Assembly (NCBI RefSeq): GCF_040938485.1
Contig: NW_027272057.1
Coordinates: forward strand, 62,001 to 126,000
Length of the DNA stretch: 64,000 nucleotides
DNA from: Diadema antillarum
Lineage: Eukaryota
Direction of reading: 5' to 3'
Positions 13,355 to 24,936 of this stretch are shown here, piece by piece (the first letter of the stretch is position 1; every line of letters begins with the position of its first letter). Position numbers and translations under genes: made by a program. Below the pieces are notes generated by a model that was not told the DNA's origin, ran no database searches, and saw only the letters and a list, made by a program, of their open reading frames with translations.

Positions 13355-14869
13355 GGCGCTCTACGGTTTTAGCATAGCCAAAAAAAGCCCGGCCCAATTA
13401 GGGTTAAACTGTAGTATTACAAATTTTAACCTTGAAGTTCATATAAGACCCTGGGGAATTTTGCAGCATTGTTAGGATGGACCTGACTGCAAACTTTGGC
13501 TCATGCTTTCAAAACTGTTAAACTATCTCTTGTGTTGCATAGCATGTGGAAACCCTTGTGGTTTAACCTTTCAAATGTTGAATACTTTGTATTATAGTTA
13601 TATCGAAGTTTCAAACTACAAGAGATCTTATGACTGTGAAGTATGCCTGAAGTTGAAGTAAACTGAAGAATTGTCCATTCATAGTTACAGACTACTTGCC
13701 TGTTCCAGGTCATCTTCTTGGTCAATCTTTTACTTGCCGGTAGTGCAAATATGATTTCAAACATGCTTACTCATATACACTATATGTGCTTGCCACAGGC
13801 AGAAGTGCAGTGTGACAAAACTAGTGCATCACTTATTTAGAGTAGATTTACATACACTGTATTATTAGGCTTGAAGTAACACAATCTACAGTACTTGTGT
13901 ATTAGTCCATTATTGGAGTACTTACAGTGAGGGCAATAGGTGCTAACATGCTCCTTGTTTAAGTGTGTATTGATTGAGGCCAACTTAGGCCATTCATTTA
14001 GCAAAATAAAAATGCACAAACATGTAGTGGCATTTACAAGGAATGCCAGGCAGCCTTGAAAGCATCTTGTGCTTGTATTAGGATGCCTACACATGAGAAT
14101 ACTGTACTTTGCAATTGCAACGTACAGTGTATTATTCTGTACAGTGTAAACTAGACACCACCTGTTGTACATGTTACATACACCCAAACACAACACACAC
14201 ACAGATGCAGTATACATAAGGAGAGAAGAAAGGATAGAGAAAAAGTGGATATTTTCACGCTGCTGATTTTTCCCGCTTGGCCTTGTCAGAAGACTTTCAC
14301 GTGTTTTTAATTCCGCGGAATCAAGACATCAAGTACTGGAACATATGACATGCAAAAATATTTGCGTGCTTTTATTTTCGCGCTTGCTTCTCATTGCGCA
14401 AAATGTGCAAAAATTTCAACACCGCGAAAATTTCCACTTTTACAGTAACTTTTCAATAAAAGATTTTTTCAATGAGTATCGGTACTTAAATATATAAAGA
14501 GCTGTGCTGTGTTACAAAGCAATATGTATTGAATTCCATTCGTTTTTCACTGGTAAACCTAATAGAATTGGAAGGATAACAATTTTACTGCCAATTACAC
14601 CTGTACTTCCATGAGCAGCATGCGGTGATAGGTCAAGGGTCAAAGCTGTAAGTCACCAAATGTAGCTAAAAGGGACAATTTCTTGCCATGGCTAGTTAAC
14701 TTCTGCTTAATATTTTGCGTGGTTATTATTTGTTGTAATGGTTAGAAATGAATTTGGAAATATTTCCTACTGCATGTATGGTAAACGGTCACTCCTCGGT
14801 CGGTGGTCAGGAGCAATGAACTTTAAAATTGAAATGAAGGGCACTGAATCTCAAGCAGTGTGTTTTTCT

Positions 14870-14911
<42 letters not shown>

Positions 14912-17249
14912 TAGTCAATTATCTAAATAATATAGCCATAATTTTTGTGAGGATCAATGATAAATGTGAAGCCTAATATATCTTCTTTGCCTGTCTCACT
15001 GAAGGTGATGTGTCAAAGCTGAAACAGAAGCCCATTATCATCAAGGAAGGGGTGGAATATTGCATTGTTATCAAGTTCAGGGTAAGTTATTAGATGGAGC
15101 AATCTTAAGCTCACCTGAGCCAAATGCTCAAGTCATCTGTCATATGCTGCGTGTAAGCTTTTTACATAACAAGTTGGGGCCAATTTTCAACTTTTTGTCT
15201 TCTCGAAAATGCATGGTCATATACGCATGTCACCAAACTTGGCAGGTATTATTTATAGGCCGATGGATGTAAATTTGTACAAATGGGCATTGAGCCCCTT
15301 CTAGATTGGGACCAAATTTGGGCCAGTTTTTACAATTTGACCCTTTTTTACTTTTAAGATATTCATGGTCACATTTCTACAAACTTGGCAGGTATTATCA
15401 CCAGTGTGACAGAATATATACAAATGCACACCATGCCCTCTGCAGGACCCAAAGGCCCCTAGTTTGCTATGTTCCTCTTGGGGAATAATTGGCAAGAATG
15501 CATGGAAGGTGACCTTCCAATACACGGCAAAGTGCTAGACCCACTGAGCACTCTAAAGCAAACCAAAGCAAACTGAACTAAAGCATACCATACTGGACTG
15601 TACCAGATTTGTAGCGTTCAAGCACTCTGTTGAGAAAGCGCACCCCATGAGTTGTTTTTAGAGGTCACAAATTTTGTAGCAAGAGGGTCATTCACCTGGC
15701 ACGCTTGAACTACTTACAGGTGTCCTGAACAAAGAAAATGAACTCTTTGCATTATGATGTACAGCTGTATGCGCATGTTATGCGCATTCTCACATGCGAA
15801 CTTTTGGTACACTTTTGGTACCCTTTTGGAGCACATCAGGAAGTGGTCCACATTTGGCTCGGTACGGTACAGTACGATACACTTTAGGAGCGTTTATTAT
15901 TTTTAATACATACATTTATTCACATTTCCAAGCTTTGGTAGGAGATTCTAGCTAAACTACAACAGACTCCCCTCAAACAGCGGTGTTTCCACAAACTGAA
16001 CTTTCTGTCTGTCAATAGAAGTTAAGCTTGGTTAAGATATGGGGTTACACTTGTGCTTGACATGTGATTTTATAGAGACAGTCATATGTTCAGCTATACC
16101 TTTGGGCCCCACTAACAAGCTCTTGTTGTTTCAAAGGGGTCCTGGTGTTGGATTTGTTAAACATGTGCATGTATACACGTTGCTTTTGTTTGTATTATGT
16201 ACATAATGTACTTCTTATTTCTTGTGCTTAGTAAATTGAATTGAATTCCTTAAAAGTCAATGATTTTATTCTACTTCAGGTTCAACGGGAGATTGTTGCT
16301 GGTTTGAGGTACTACCAAGAAACATTTAGAAAAGGAATAAAGGGTGAGTACAAGCATTGCAAGGGATACTCTGCATAGTTATGACTGAATTTGTACAACA
16401 CCTTTTAGCCATGCAATTTGTTTTGAGCATGGCCGACATCACCAATACCCAATGACTCCCAATAATAATCTCATGATCAATTCAGAGTTTTGTTCCAGTG
16501 CCTGGCTCTGATGTCACAATAAACAAACCTTTGCTGTGTGCACTCAATAAAGGCACGCATCCTGTCACTCATTTTACTGTAAACAACTTTAACCAATTGG
16601 CTTTGCATATCCATGTATGACTGACTGTGACCTTGTTATTATTCGCTTAAAAAAAAACAGAAGAAGCAAAAAACAAATGGTTGCCATTTATTGTGTTGTG
16701 TTTGGGACCTTTATGTTTATGTAATTGACTTGCACAAACTGTAGTCAGGTCAAACTGAGGCACTATTTGTAATCTAAACACAACTACAATGGAAACTATT
16801 TACAGCGAGATCTGATATAACAAAATACCTGATATAAGAAACTTATTTCTTTGGTCCCAATGAAATTATTTCCTTCGTTTTGTATTGTTTATTGACTAAT
16901 ATAACAAAATATCTAATATAAAGAACAAATTGTCTTGGTCCCAAGGATCTCATAATACTGAGTTTCCTCTGTAGTAGAATTATTAACTTGTCAGAAATCA
17001 GTACCGTGATCTTATGATGAAATATTGGTTTGCACTTTTTCTTTGCATCTAGTTGACAAGTCATCTTTCATGGTAGGTAGCTATGGACCCAAGACAGAAT
17101 TCCAGGAGTATACCACCAAGAAGGATGAAGCTCCGAAAGGCATGATAGCCAGGGGACACTACACCATCAAAAGCAAGTTTTTTGATGATGACAAGAATAT
17201 TTACCTGGAGTGGGAGTGGTCCTTTGACATCAAAAAGGACTGGGAATAG
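11307..17249 (+). CDS. ARHGDI: Rho GDP-dissociation inhibitor (202 aa)
   Basis: Exons 11307-11496, 12519-12599, 15005-15081, 16280-16343, 17053-17249 (190+81+77+64+197=609 nt), all GT-AG, phases 1,1,0,1. Motifs [60 protein letters not shown]. An in-frame TAA lies 6 nt upstream of the ATG. The acceptor at 11289 implies a further upstream non-coding exon. Confidence 0.97.
11553..11700. mobile_element. PIF/Harbinger-like MITE
   Basis: GGGCCCCATTTCATAAA / TTTATTGAAACGGGACCCC imperfect inverted ends. Confidence 0.55.
11719..11801. mobile_element. ~90-bp piggyBac-like mini-MITE (copy B, inverted relative to copy A)
   Basis: Matches the reverse complement of 5138-5226. Confidence 0.55.
12798..13403. 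mobile_element. Non-autonomous piggyBac element
   Basis: TTAA TSD (12794-97, 13404-07), CCCT...AGGG termini, imperfect TIR CCCTAA(AA/TT)GGGCC. Contains a C29G32 run. Confidence 0.85.
14241..14447. mobile_element. TACTGTA-family MITE, left end eroded
   Basis: AAAAGTGGATATTTTC / GAAAATTTCCACTTTTACAGTA inverted ends. Confidence 0.6.
14875..14907. repeat. (GT)n microsatellite
   Basis: Direct reading. Confidence 0.9.
15106..15500 (+). mobile_element. Decayed Helentron/HINE-like element
   Basis: Starts AGCTCACCTGAGCCAAATGCTCAAG and carries AAACTTGGCAGGTA and CACCATGCCC blocks shared with 36037-37434. Confidence 0.6.
16803..16971. mobile_element. Short Tigger-type MITE
   Basis: TA|CAG...CTG|TA ends, internal ATATAAC repeats and duplicated TTGGTCCCAA. 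Similar in layout to 46315-46503. Confidence 0.55.
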
Positions 17250-20199
17250 ACTAGGGGCTTTTCTGTGGAAGCCATCTCTTTAAACACGATCAGATGAATA
17301 ACAAATCTAACCAAGAGTTTGACAGGAAATATGTAAAGTAGTCATGTACGCACACAATAACTGGTTGACTACAGCGGACTATTGTACTGATAAAAGGCAT
17401 TAATCAGATGTTGCAACCAATTACAGAAAGTCTTTTTTTTAATGATTTCATGCTTTATTGTGTAAATAGGAAGACATGAATTGCAATACTCCAGCAAATC
17501 ATGTTGAATATTGTCATAAAAATTACATGCAGTGTGCTTGATGCATCATAAGCCATAAAGCAAAAACACTCAAATATTCCACAAATCTGACAAAGTTGAA
17601 AGTGATTCATACCACTCTTGGATTTTGTCCCCAAAGAATATTGTATTTCATGTGTAAGAAATATTTGTGGTATGTACTGGTAATGGTTCACTGTGTTACT
17701 TTTATACTTGTGTCTGTACAACATATCGTGTTGAACCATGGAGGCAGGCTTCTAAACAGGAATTATTCTTTCATTTCTTATGCACTGATTTTGTTGTTGT
17801 TGTTTTTTTTAAATAGAACCTGCGGTTGAATTATATATACTACATTAGTTCCACAACTAATTTTAAGAGCAGCACACATTTTCACATCATAGAATGTCAA
17901 GAGGGCTCTTGTGTTAATTCAGGTATGTAGAGTAATGCAGACTGTGTATCCAGACACTCTATGTTAACACCTGCTATGAGAGTTCTTGGAGAAGAGTTCA
18001 TTTACAGTTTAGAAAATAGATCAGAGAACCAAGATGATACATGTATATTCATACTTTGTTGTATTTCATTTTTGTTTAAACCACAGTCATATCTGTTGTA
18101 GTTGGGAGGTTAAAAACCTTTCTTATTTGTAGTTCCTGGTATTTTTTTAATATGTGTTGCCATTTTGTAGAAAATCTCATTAGAAAGCCATGGCTTGGTT
18201 GCACTAATAACTTGTCATCAATTTCAAATATGAAAAACGATTTGATATTGTAGGCAACATGGCCCAGTTAGTCTATTTGTATAAAATCAGGAAGGTCCAG
18301 ACAAGAGAATAAGTTCTGAGGTAAGAAAATGTGTGTCTTCCAAAGATGTATGTAGTCTGTCAGACAGAAAATGTGTGAAATAGAACAGGTTGGAGGATAG
18401 TATGATGGTAAGATTCCACCTAGAGCTGCCTTTAATCCAGTTTTAACCCCCTACATGGCGGGAAGGATTGAGGAACCATGATCATGTAATACAATTAGAC
18501 TGGGACTTTGTAAAGGGATTTTCTAGCTTTAACCATTGTTCATGGTTTGTTGTGATTGGTACCGATAATTGCCTTATATTGCATCTTTCATTTTTTGAAC
18601 ATCACAAGAATGTAATCTTGTCATTCAAGATTGAAGTGGAGTTTTATCATTTCTAGATATATTGTTGGAGAACTTTTCCAAAAAAGTTCTACTTCCTGTG
18701 TATTTGTATTACTGTTCTAAAAAATGTCTTCTTTTTTTTAACATCCATAGGAAACATTGTTTCAGGACATTCAGCTGATGTCGCCACTGTGTAGCTGGGT
18801 GAAAAGTTTGACCTGTATGAAATCACAGCTGCCATTCAAATTTCATTTCTGTAAACTTCTCTATGTGAATATCAAATTTAGTGATTAGTGGGTGCAACTA
18901 GACATGTAACATGTGGCAGCAAATCATGTTTTCCATTGCATCTGTACCGTTTGGAAATACAGTATAGTCCAATGTCTGTGCTTTGGCTTTGTGATCTATC
19001 AAGTAATTATTAAGAAAAAAAAGTGGTACACGTATTGATATCATGATGAGTATTACATGTATTTAACATAAACGTACAAGGGAAAAATATGGAATAAAAC
19101 ATGCTAAAATCTGAGGTTTTGAGAATGAAAGTGGAAACCAAAATGACGTTCTGATTATGTATTTTGATTTATGTTGAAATTCATTTTTTTTAGCACAGTG
19201 TTTCTTTTTTATTTCACTGATTTGTAAAGCTTTATTTCCCATTTTTTCTAAGGAACATAGTGTACAGAGAATATGAGTTGGAGTAGGCTTACCAAAAGGA
19301 CAAACTTTTATTATTTTTGTCACAAGTGTAACATTCCTCTTCAAGAATTTGTCATGTCTCTTTATCTCAGATTGTGAGTCAATTATGATTACAATAAAAT
19401 AATCTTCATCTGATATATGCAAAATAGTGTGAAAGTCATGCAAGGGTTCATGTGAGTTGTCAATGAGCTTACATCGAAATACTATGTATAGCAGAGTTGA
19501 CTTTTAACTTGAATTTGGTTTAAATGGGGGAAAAGAAAATGAAAAGTAAACAGTGGTCACTTTTAGCCAGATTCAGCTGAAAGCATATTGTGTAGGTAAC
19601 AATCAAATGTAGTGAAAACTATATACATGTATAACATGAAAGTGTTGTGCACCAAGCACCAACATTTGCAGATCAGTACAGTGAAAGAAGTAAGTTTCCA
19701 AAGGCAGCTTTCAAATGGATTTCAGCATCATATGATTCAACAAAGTTTGGAGTTTTTATCACTAAACACAAGGTGATCACAGCAGTGAATAAAAAGATCT
19801 CTGCAGTACAAACAACCAGGCCTGTGTATGAATTTATTTCTACATGTACTGTGTATAATTTTGCATTGTGTTGTACACGCAGACAGACAGAAACACATAA
19901 TGTACTGTACACTGTGTAGATTGTATGTTTGTACATTATATTTTGACATACATGTACATGCATACATACACGCACAGAGATTGAATGAAGTGAATCATTG
20001 TATCATCACTGTAGTCACTCCACATTTTGCAAAAAGCACAAATAAGAACAGCAACACAGTGTAAAATGTTTAACCATATCTATAGGTAAGATACATCTTA
20101 GGTAAGATACATCTTATGAATTTCTATATTGCATTGAAATGTCCTTGATTGGAAATGTTTTCTGATACATGTACATACAAACGTTTTCCTTTCCGAACC

Positions 20200-21830
20200 G
20201 CATCTGTGATACAATTTCTCATTTATTCATTTATTTTTTTATAACTTCCAATCATCTTCAGATTTGGATGCAATTGCTTTTTTTCTTCAAAGCATTCCTA
20301 ATTCTCGAATCTTGTCCAAAATATCAGCATTCATCCAGAGTGTTTCTTTTTGTCTAACTCTTTTCTTTCTCAATGGGCAGCTTATCTAACAAATGTTAAA
20401 TATGTTAAACCACACATCAAAAAGCATTAAAGGACAAGTTCACCTTTATAAACATAAGGATTGAGAGAATGTAGCAATGTTAGTAGAACACATCATTGAA
20501 AGTTTGAGGAAAATCAGACAATCCGTTCAAAAGTTATGAATTTTTGAAGTTTTTGTGCAGTACCCGCTGGATGAGAAGACTACTGCAATGTATGAATAAC
20601 TTAGATGTCACATGCGTACAACAATATAAGGAAAATATAAAGAGAATTTCACAAAATTCCATCTTTTGAAAAAAGTACACATTCCCCAGACTCGTTACCG
20701 ACAAATGTTATGGGTAATATTATTCCCCCTGCCTTTAGAAAGAGGCAAGTCAAGTGCACTTTTATTATGCGAAAAAAGTGAAAATATGTTGAATTTTCTT
20801 TTACATTTTCTTTATACTGTTGTACGCATATGACTCACAAGCTGTAGTAGTCTCCTCGATCCAGCGGTTCCAACACAGAAATTTTAAAAAATCATAACTT
20901 TTGCATCGATTGTCCAATTTTCCTCAAACTTTCACTGATGTGTTCTACTAATATTGTTGCATTTTCTCAATCCTTATGTTTATGAAGGTGAACTTGTCCT
21001 TTAATAGGATCAGATTCATTCAAAACAACATCCGATTATACTTGGCTCAGATCAGTCTTGAATTTGTTTATATCGATCTTTTTCACATCACTGCTGTTGA
21101 CGTATATTGTATTTATGTTGGGAAGAAGGTATCTTTGTTTAACCTGGAGAACAAACTACCATAAAGTGGAAACTTAATGACAGGGGAATAACATCACAAT
21201 TACAATGTTTAATACTGTGTCATTTGAAGCGAACAACACAACAATTAAAGTTGCAGTAGTTGAGATCACCGTGGTTGGCTGATATACGTATTGTGTTAAC
21301 TCAAAATATTCGGCAAAACTTTGCAGTCTCCTAGTATGACAAAAAGGTATCTTAGTATCTTTATGCTTTGTTGATGTGGAGAAATCAGTATCGTACTCCA
21401 TTTCGGGTTGGAGGAGTTCGGTAAGAAGACATGACTCACCAATCCAACTTACATTGGACAGGAAAGTGTTCGATGTTCGCGAACATTCCAAGATACACAT
21501 GATAATGCACTGTGATCTTTTTTTTCCACTTCTTTCCGACAGAATAGACAAGGATAGTGAACATTAAGTGTGATATAGATGACAAACAATATGTGACGTC
21601 ATGTCTTACAGTTTTTCGATGTCGTGTGCTCGTTCACAATCCGAATCCTCCTGCCATCCTGGTTCAAGTGCGAAGATAGCTCCATCCTGCGTCCAGTATA
21701 TCTTTGCCTTCTTGCTTTCGACGACTTTCGAGTACAGCGCTGCGTTTTTCGTCGTCAGGTCCTCTTTGATGAAGAGTTTTGGTTCGCTCAGGTCTTTCAG
21801 TTCTCCCTCTCTGTGTCACTCAGTCACTTC
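20200..21830 (-). pseudogene. Decayed CR1/L2-group LINE (ORF1 C-terminus plus ORF2 EN-RT linker), interrupted by a MITE
   Basis: Minus-strand translations across frameshifts. LFIKEDLTTKNAALYSKV..IYWTQDGAIF (~21800-21610) is ORF1-like FINEDLT..WT.DG.IF. INKFKTDLSQV..DVVLNESDP (~21070-21005) and LRKKRVRQKETLWMNADILDKIR..KKAIASKSEDDWKL (~20400-20230) are ORF2 linker-like. Confidence 0.65.
20431..21000. mobile_element. Kolobok-like fold-back MITE (copy 1, 570 bp)
   Basis: TTAA TSD (20427-30, 21001-04), termini AGGACAAGTTCACCT / AGGTGAACTTGTCCT, ~200-bp imperfect inverted arms. Confidence 0.85.
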
Positions 21831-22817
21831 CTGATTTGAATTGACTTGAGAAATTTTCATTCCTAAACTGACGATGCTGCAAAATTTCCGAAATACATGC
21901 CTCAACTGAGTTTATATGATGCAATCAGTCCCCCGGCATATTAATTTCAGCGTTATCCATGAAGCAAGTCTCCGAACTTACAAGTGTAATCTTGACATCT
22001 ATTAAACCCTTGAAGTTGTCATTGTGATAAATTCAGCACATCTCTGACCTTTCGCAATTATCTCATTCACGAACACTATCTCCAAGATTATTGGATCATG
22101 TGTTATAGTTCTAAAATCCAATGCCTATTGCAAATGAAATGCATATTGCTAATGAAATGCATAAATGAATGAATCACGCTCCTTTAGATATTCGGGGGAA
22201 CATTTAATTTTGCAACTAATTCTTCAACGGTCTTAACAACGTTACAATCTCATCTTACAACAGAGCATTGTTGTAACAGAGTATTCTCATGCAACAGAGT
22301 ATTCCCATACAGTATTAAATGCTGCATGAGAATTTCCGTATTCTGAATAATAAGCTCGACCTCTTTCCCCAGTTCAATTTATGTAAATTTTCAAATAAAC
22401 ATTAATTTTGTCAGTGATCATCATTAAACGATCAATTTCAAAATAAGATTAGTACGGTATATAGAAACTCTGTCCCAGTTTTAGACCTTTATAAGAGGGT
22501 CACGATATACAGACCTTATAGAACACACAAGCCGAGTCAACTAAGAATGAATCCTTTGCTCAAAATACATTCAGACTTATTTACCACCCCGAAATTGATA
22601 CATCCGACTGAAAAGAAATATAAAGAATGATTCACATAACACTCTATCACGCTAATCCAATACATATTAAACANNNNNNNNNNNNNNNNNNNNNNNNNNN
22701 NNNNNNNNNNNNNNNNNNNNNNNNNNNNNNNNNNNNNNNNNNNNNNNNNNNNNNNNNNNNNNNNNNNNNNNNNNNNNNNNNNNNNNNNNNNNNNNNNNNN
22801 NNNNNNNNNNNNNNNNA

Positions 22818-23010
22818 GTAATAAGGTCTTATTCAATGTTGCCACTGCTCTACCAGAGGGCCCTGCCAATAGTATTACCCTAGCGTCGCCAGGCACTGAT
22901 GTATCTACACCTGGGTCGACAGGGACATGGTGGGTAAAAACATTTTGTCCAAGGATGTAAACGCTGGATGGGAATCGAACTCGGGTCCTCTGATTGAGAG
23001 TCTGGAGTTT
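22818..23010 (-). mobile_element. tRNA-derived SINE (copy 2, next to an assembly gap)
   Basis: Reverse complement aligns to 7140-7345 (B-box GAGTTCGATTCC; CCCTCTGGTAGAGCAGT tail). Confidence 0.8.
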
Positions 23011-23169
23011 TATTTCATATGGCGATTTATACGGGTATTCTGAGGCCACTTGTTCTATTTATACGAAAGGTGAAAGCACAACAACATAAGGACAATGCAA
23101 AACAAAATAACAGTGAGGAAAAGAAGAAGAACAAAAAATACAAGTGATACCGTGATCCAATAATAACTG

Positions 23170-23545
23170 GCACTGTGCGCGTCTCCAGTAAAAAAAAAAA
23201 TAACTGATTAAAAAGACGAGTTTTGGCAGAATTTTAAATGATTGAATGTAAAGATTGAGTTCACTTCAAAATGGTTGGGGCGTTGAAAGAGAAAGCTCGG
23301 TCACCATTAACGGGTTCTGGTGCCTGGGCCGTGATGTAAATTGGAGAGAGGAAGATGAACGGAGGGGTCTGGTAGAAGAGGAGGAACGAAGAGAGACTAT
23401 AGAGTTGAAGATACGTGGGTGCAAGATTACGTGTGATTTTGTTCGTCAGAAATAAGATCTTGAATGTGATGCGGGAGTGGAATGTAATGCGGGAGTGGGC
23501 GGGTAGCCAACGGAGTGAGCAGAGAACAAGTGATAAATGGTTATG
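23170..23545 (-). pseudogene. L2-clade LINE 3' fragment (RT C-terminus)
   Basis: Minus strand: LRWLP...RITFKILFLTNK...LAPTYL...PLRSSS...GDRAFSFNAP, the typical L2 ORF2 end. Confidence 0.7.
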
Positions 23546-23554
23546 TTATGTATT

Positions 23555-23760
23555 ACGAAAAGGTTCCTTAATCCGAAAATAAAATGAGGTTTGATATTCC
23601 GAAAGACATGTAACTCGTTTACAAATGAAATTGTGGGTAGGTTCATTAATCCAAAAAACGTAAAGACGGTGCGTTACACTGACAAATCTTCGGAGATATG
23701 TACCTTGCTTTATTTTCGTGAGCAAACCTTCGGAATAAAAACGTCGAACTGTAAACCCAC
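23555..23760. mobile_element. Decayed fold-back element with TTCCGAA/TTCGGAA subrepeats
   Basis: Same motifs as 61995-62340. Confidence 0.45.
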
Positions 23761-24655
23761 AATGTAGGGATGCCAATTTACAAAATGAAGAAAGAACCAA
23801 AATGAGGTGATTTGCAAAATGAATAAAAGTCACAATCGATAACTAAGACCATGAAATGGGAAATTCAGGGCGATAACGAATGACAGGGACACACAATCAT
23901 CTACACATATTCCCACATACACTTTCGTGAAAGCACAGATTTCTGCTTTCCTGAAATCGTTCGGTATATGAGATAAACATTCAAAACCTTGTTCCATTTC
24001 TCATGGAACTTTCTATACTATGGGAAATACTCTAGCATAAATCGATGATAGGCATCTTTAAGATGTTTATTCTTTGCTAATAAAAGAAAGGCACTTACTC
24101 AGTCGTGTTTTTTTTTAAATTATTGATATCTTTATATTTAGCGAGACTCTTTTCTTTTCTTTTGTACGTATTCTGTCCGTATGCAGTCAATAACTGCAAA
24201 TTTTATGCATGCGTACGTGTGTGTTTGTGTGTGTCGGATGGGAGATGTGGTTCATATCACCTAGATAGCATATACGGGGTCCGTTTCATAAGTCATCACT
24301 TTTCACATCAAACTCTTTACATAAATCACAGAATGGCCAAGCCGCTCACATGTAGCTATGAGAGACTTTAAAAGATAAATAAAATACATTATGTCTTTAT
24401 GAGCGAAAAGTCATACGGACAGAAGGGGCCTATTGTCTTGTTACACACTTGGCTTTATGACTAGAGACACAATGTGCAAAGAACTAGTGGCAGTCAATTA
24501 ATCTGACAACGAAACATTGCTGCCGCAATTATCGATCATTAACATAATGGTCAATTTACGCGAATTAAATGGGAGTCAAGTGTCCGTCCAGATGGGGACA
24601 TCTTCCCCTCTAGATGGGGTTAAATGGAAAAGGGGAAGACCCGCAACTATTTCCA

Positions 24656-24674
24656 CCAATCACCGATCTCCACA
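24656..24674 (+). promoter_or_regulatory. ERSE-like element 1 (CCAAT-N9-CCACA)
   Basis: CCAAT caccgatct CCACA, ~270 bp upstream of the PDI ATG. ERSE consensus is CCAAT-N9-CCACG. Confidence 0.7.
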
Positions 24675-24706
24675 TGAAAGACCGAGATGACCTTTAATGG
24701 TTTCGA

Positions 24707-24725
24707 CCAATCAGGTACACACACG
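24707..24725 (+). promoter_or_regulatory. ERSE-like element 2 (CCAAT-N9-ACACG)
   Basis: CCAAT caggtacac ACACG: exact 9-nt spacing, one mismatch. Confidence 0.6.
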
Positions 24726-24864
24726 GGTGTTTACTAGGCGTGTACGTGCTACCGCAATGGTTTAGAGAGTCTGAACAAGTGCCCTCTACCGTACGCGACC
24801 GTACCGTGCTTTCCGAGGTCGCGATTGCCCAAGTATTTCCGTGTCAACCTTTCATCTTCCTTTC

Positions 24865-24872
24865 TGCCACGT
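24865..24872 (+). promoter_or_regulatory. TGCCACGT, XBP1/ATF6/CREB3-type ACGT site
   Basis: Motif match only, 65 bp upstream of the ATG. May lie in the 5'UTR. Confidence 0.35.
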
Positions 24873-24936
24873 ACTGCACGTGAAGAACGACTCCTGTCCC
24901 TGTCTCTATCCAGAAACTGAATAGAATTCAACCAAA

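Noticed and set aside
13230-13475. Poly-Pro/poly-Gly ORF
   Set aside because: Translation of the C/G homopolymers in a MITE.
22537-23049. ORFs running through N gaps (also 46759-47272)
   Set aside because: Artefacts of gaps plus SINE or tRNA-like sequence.
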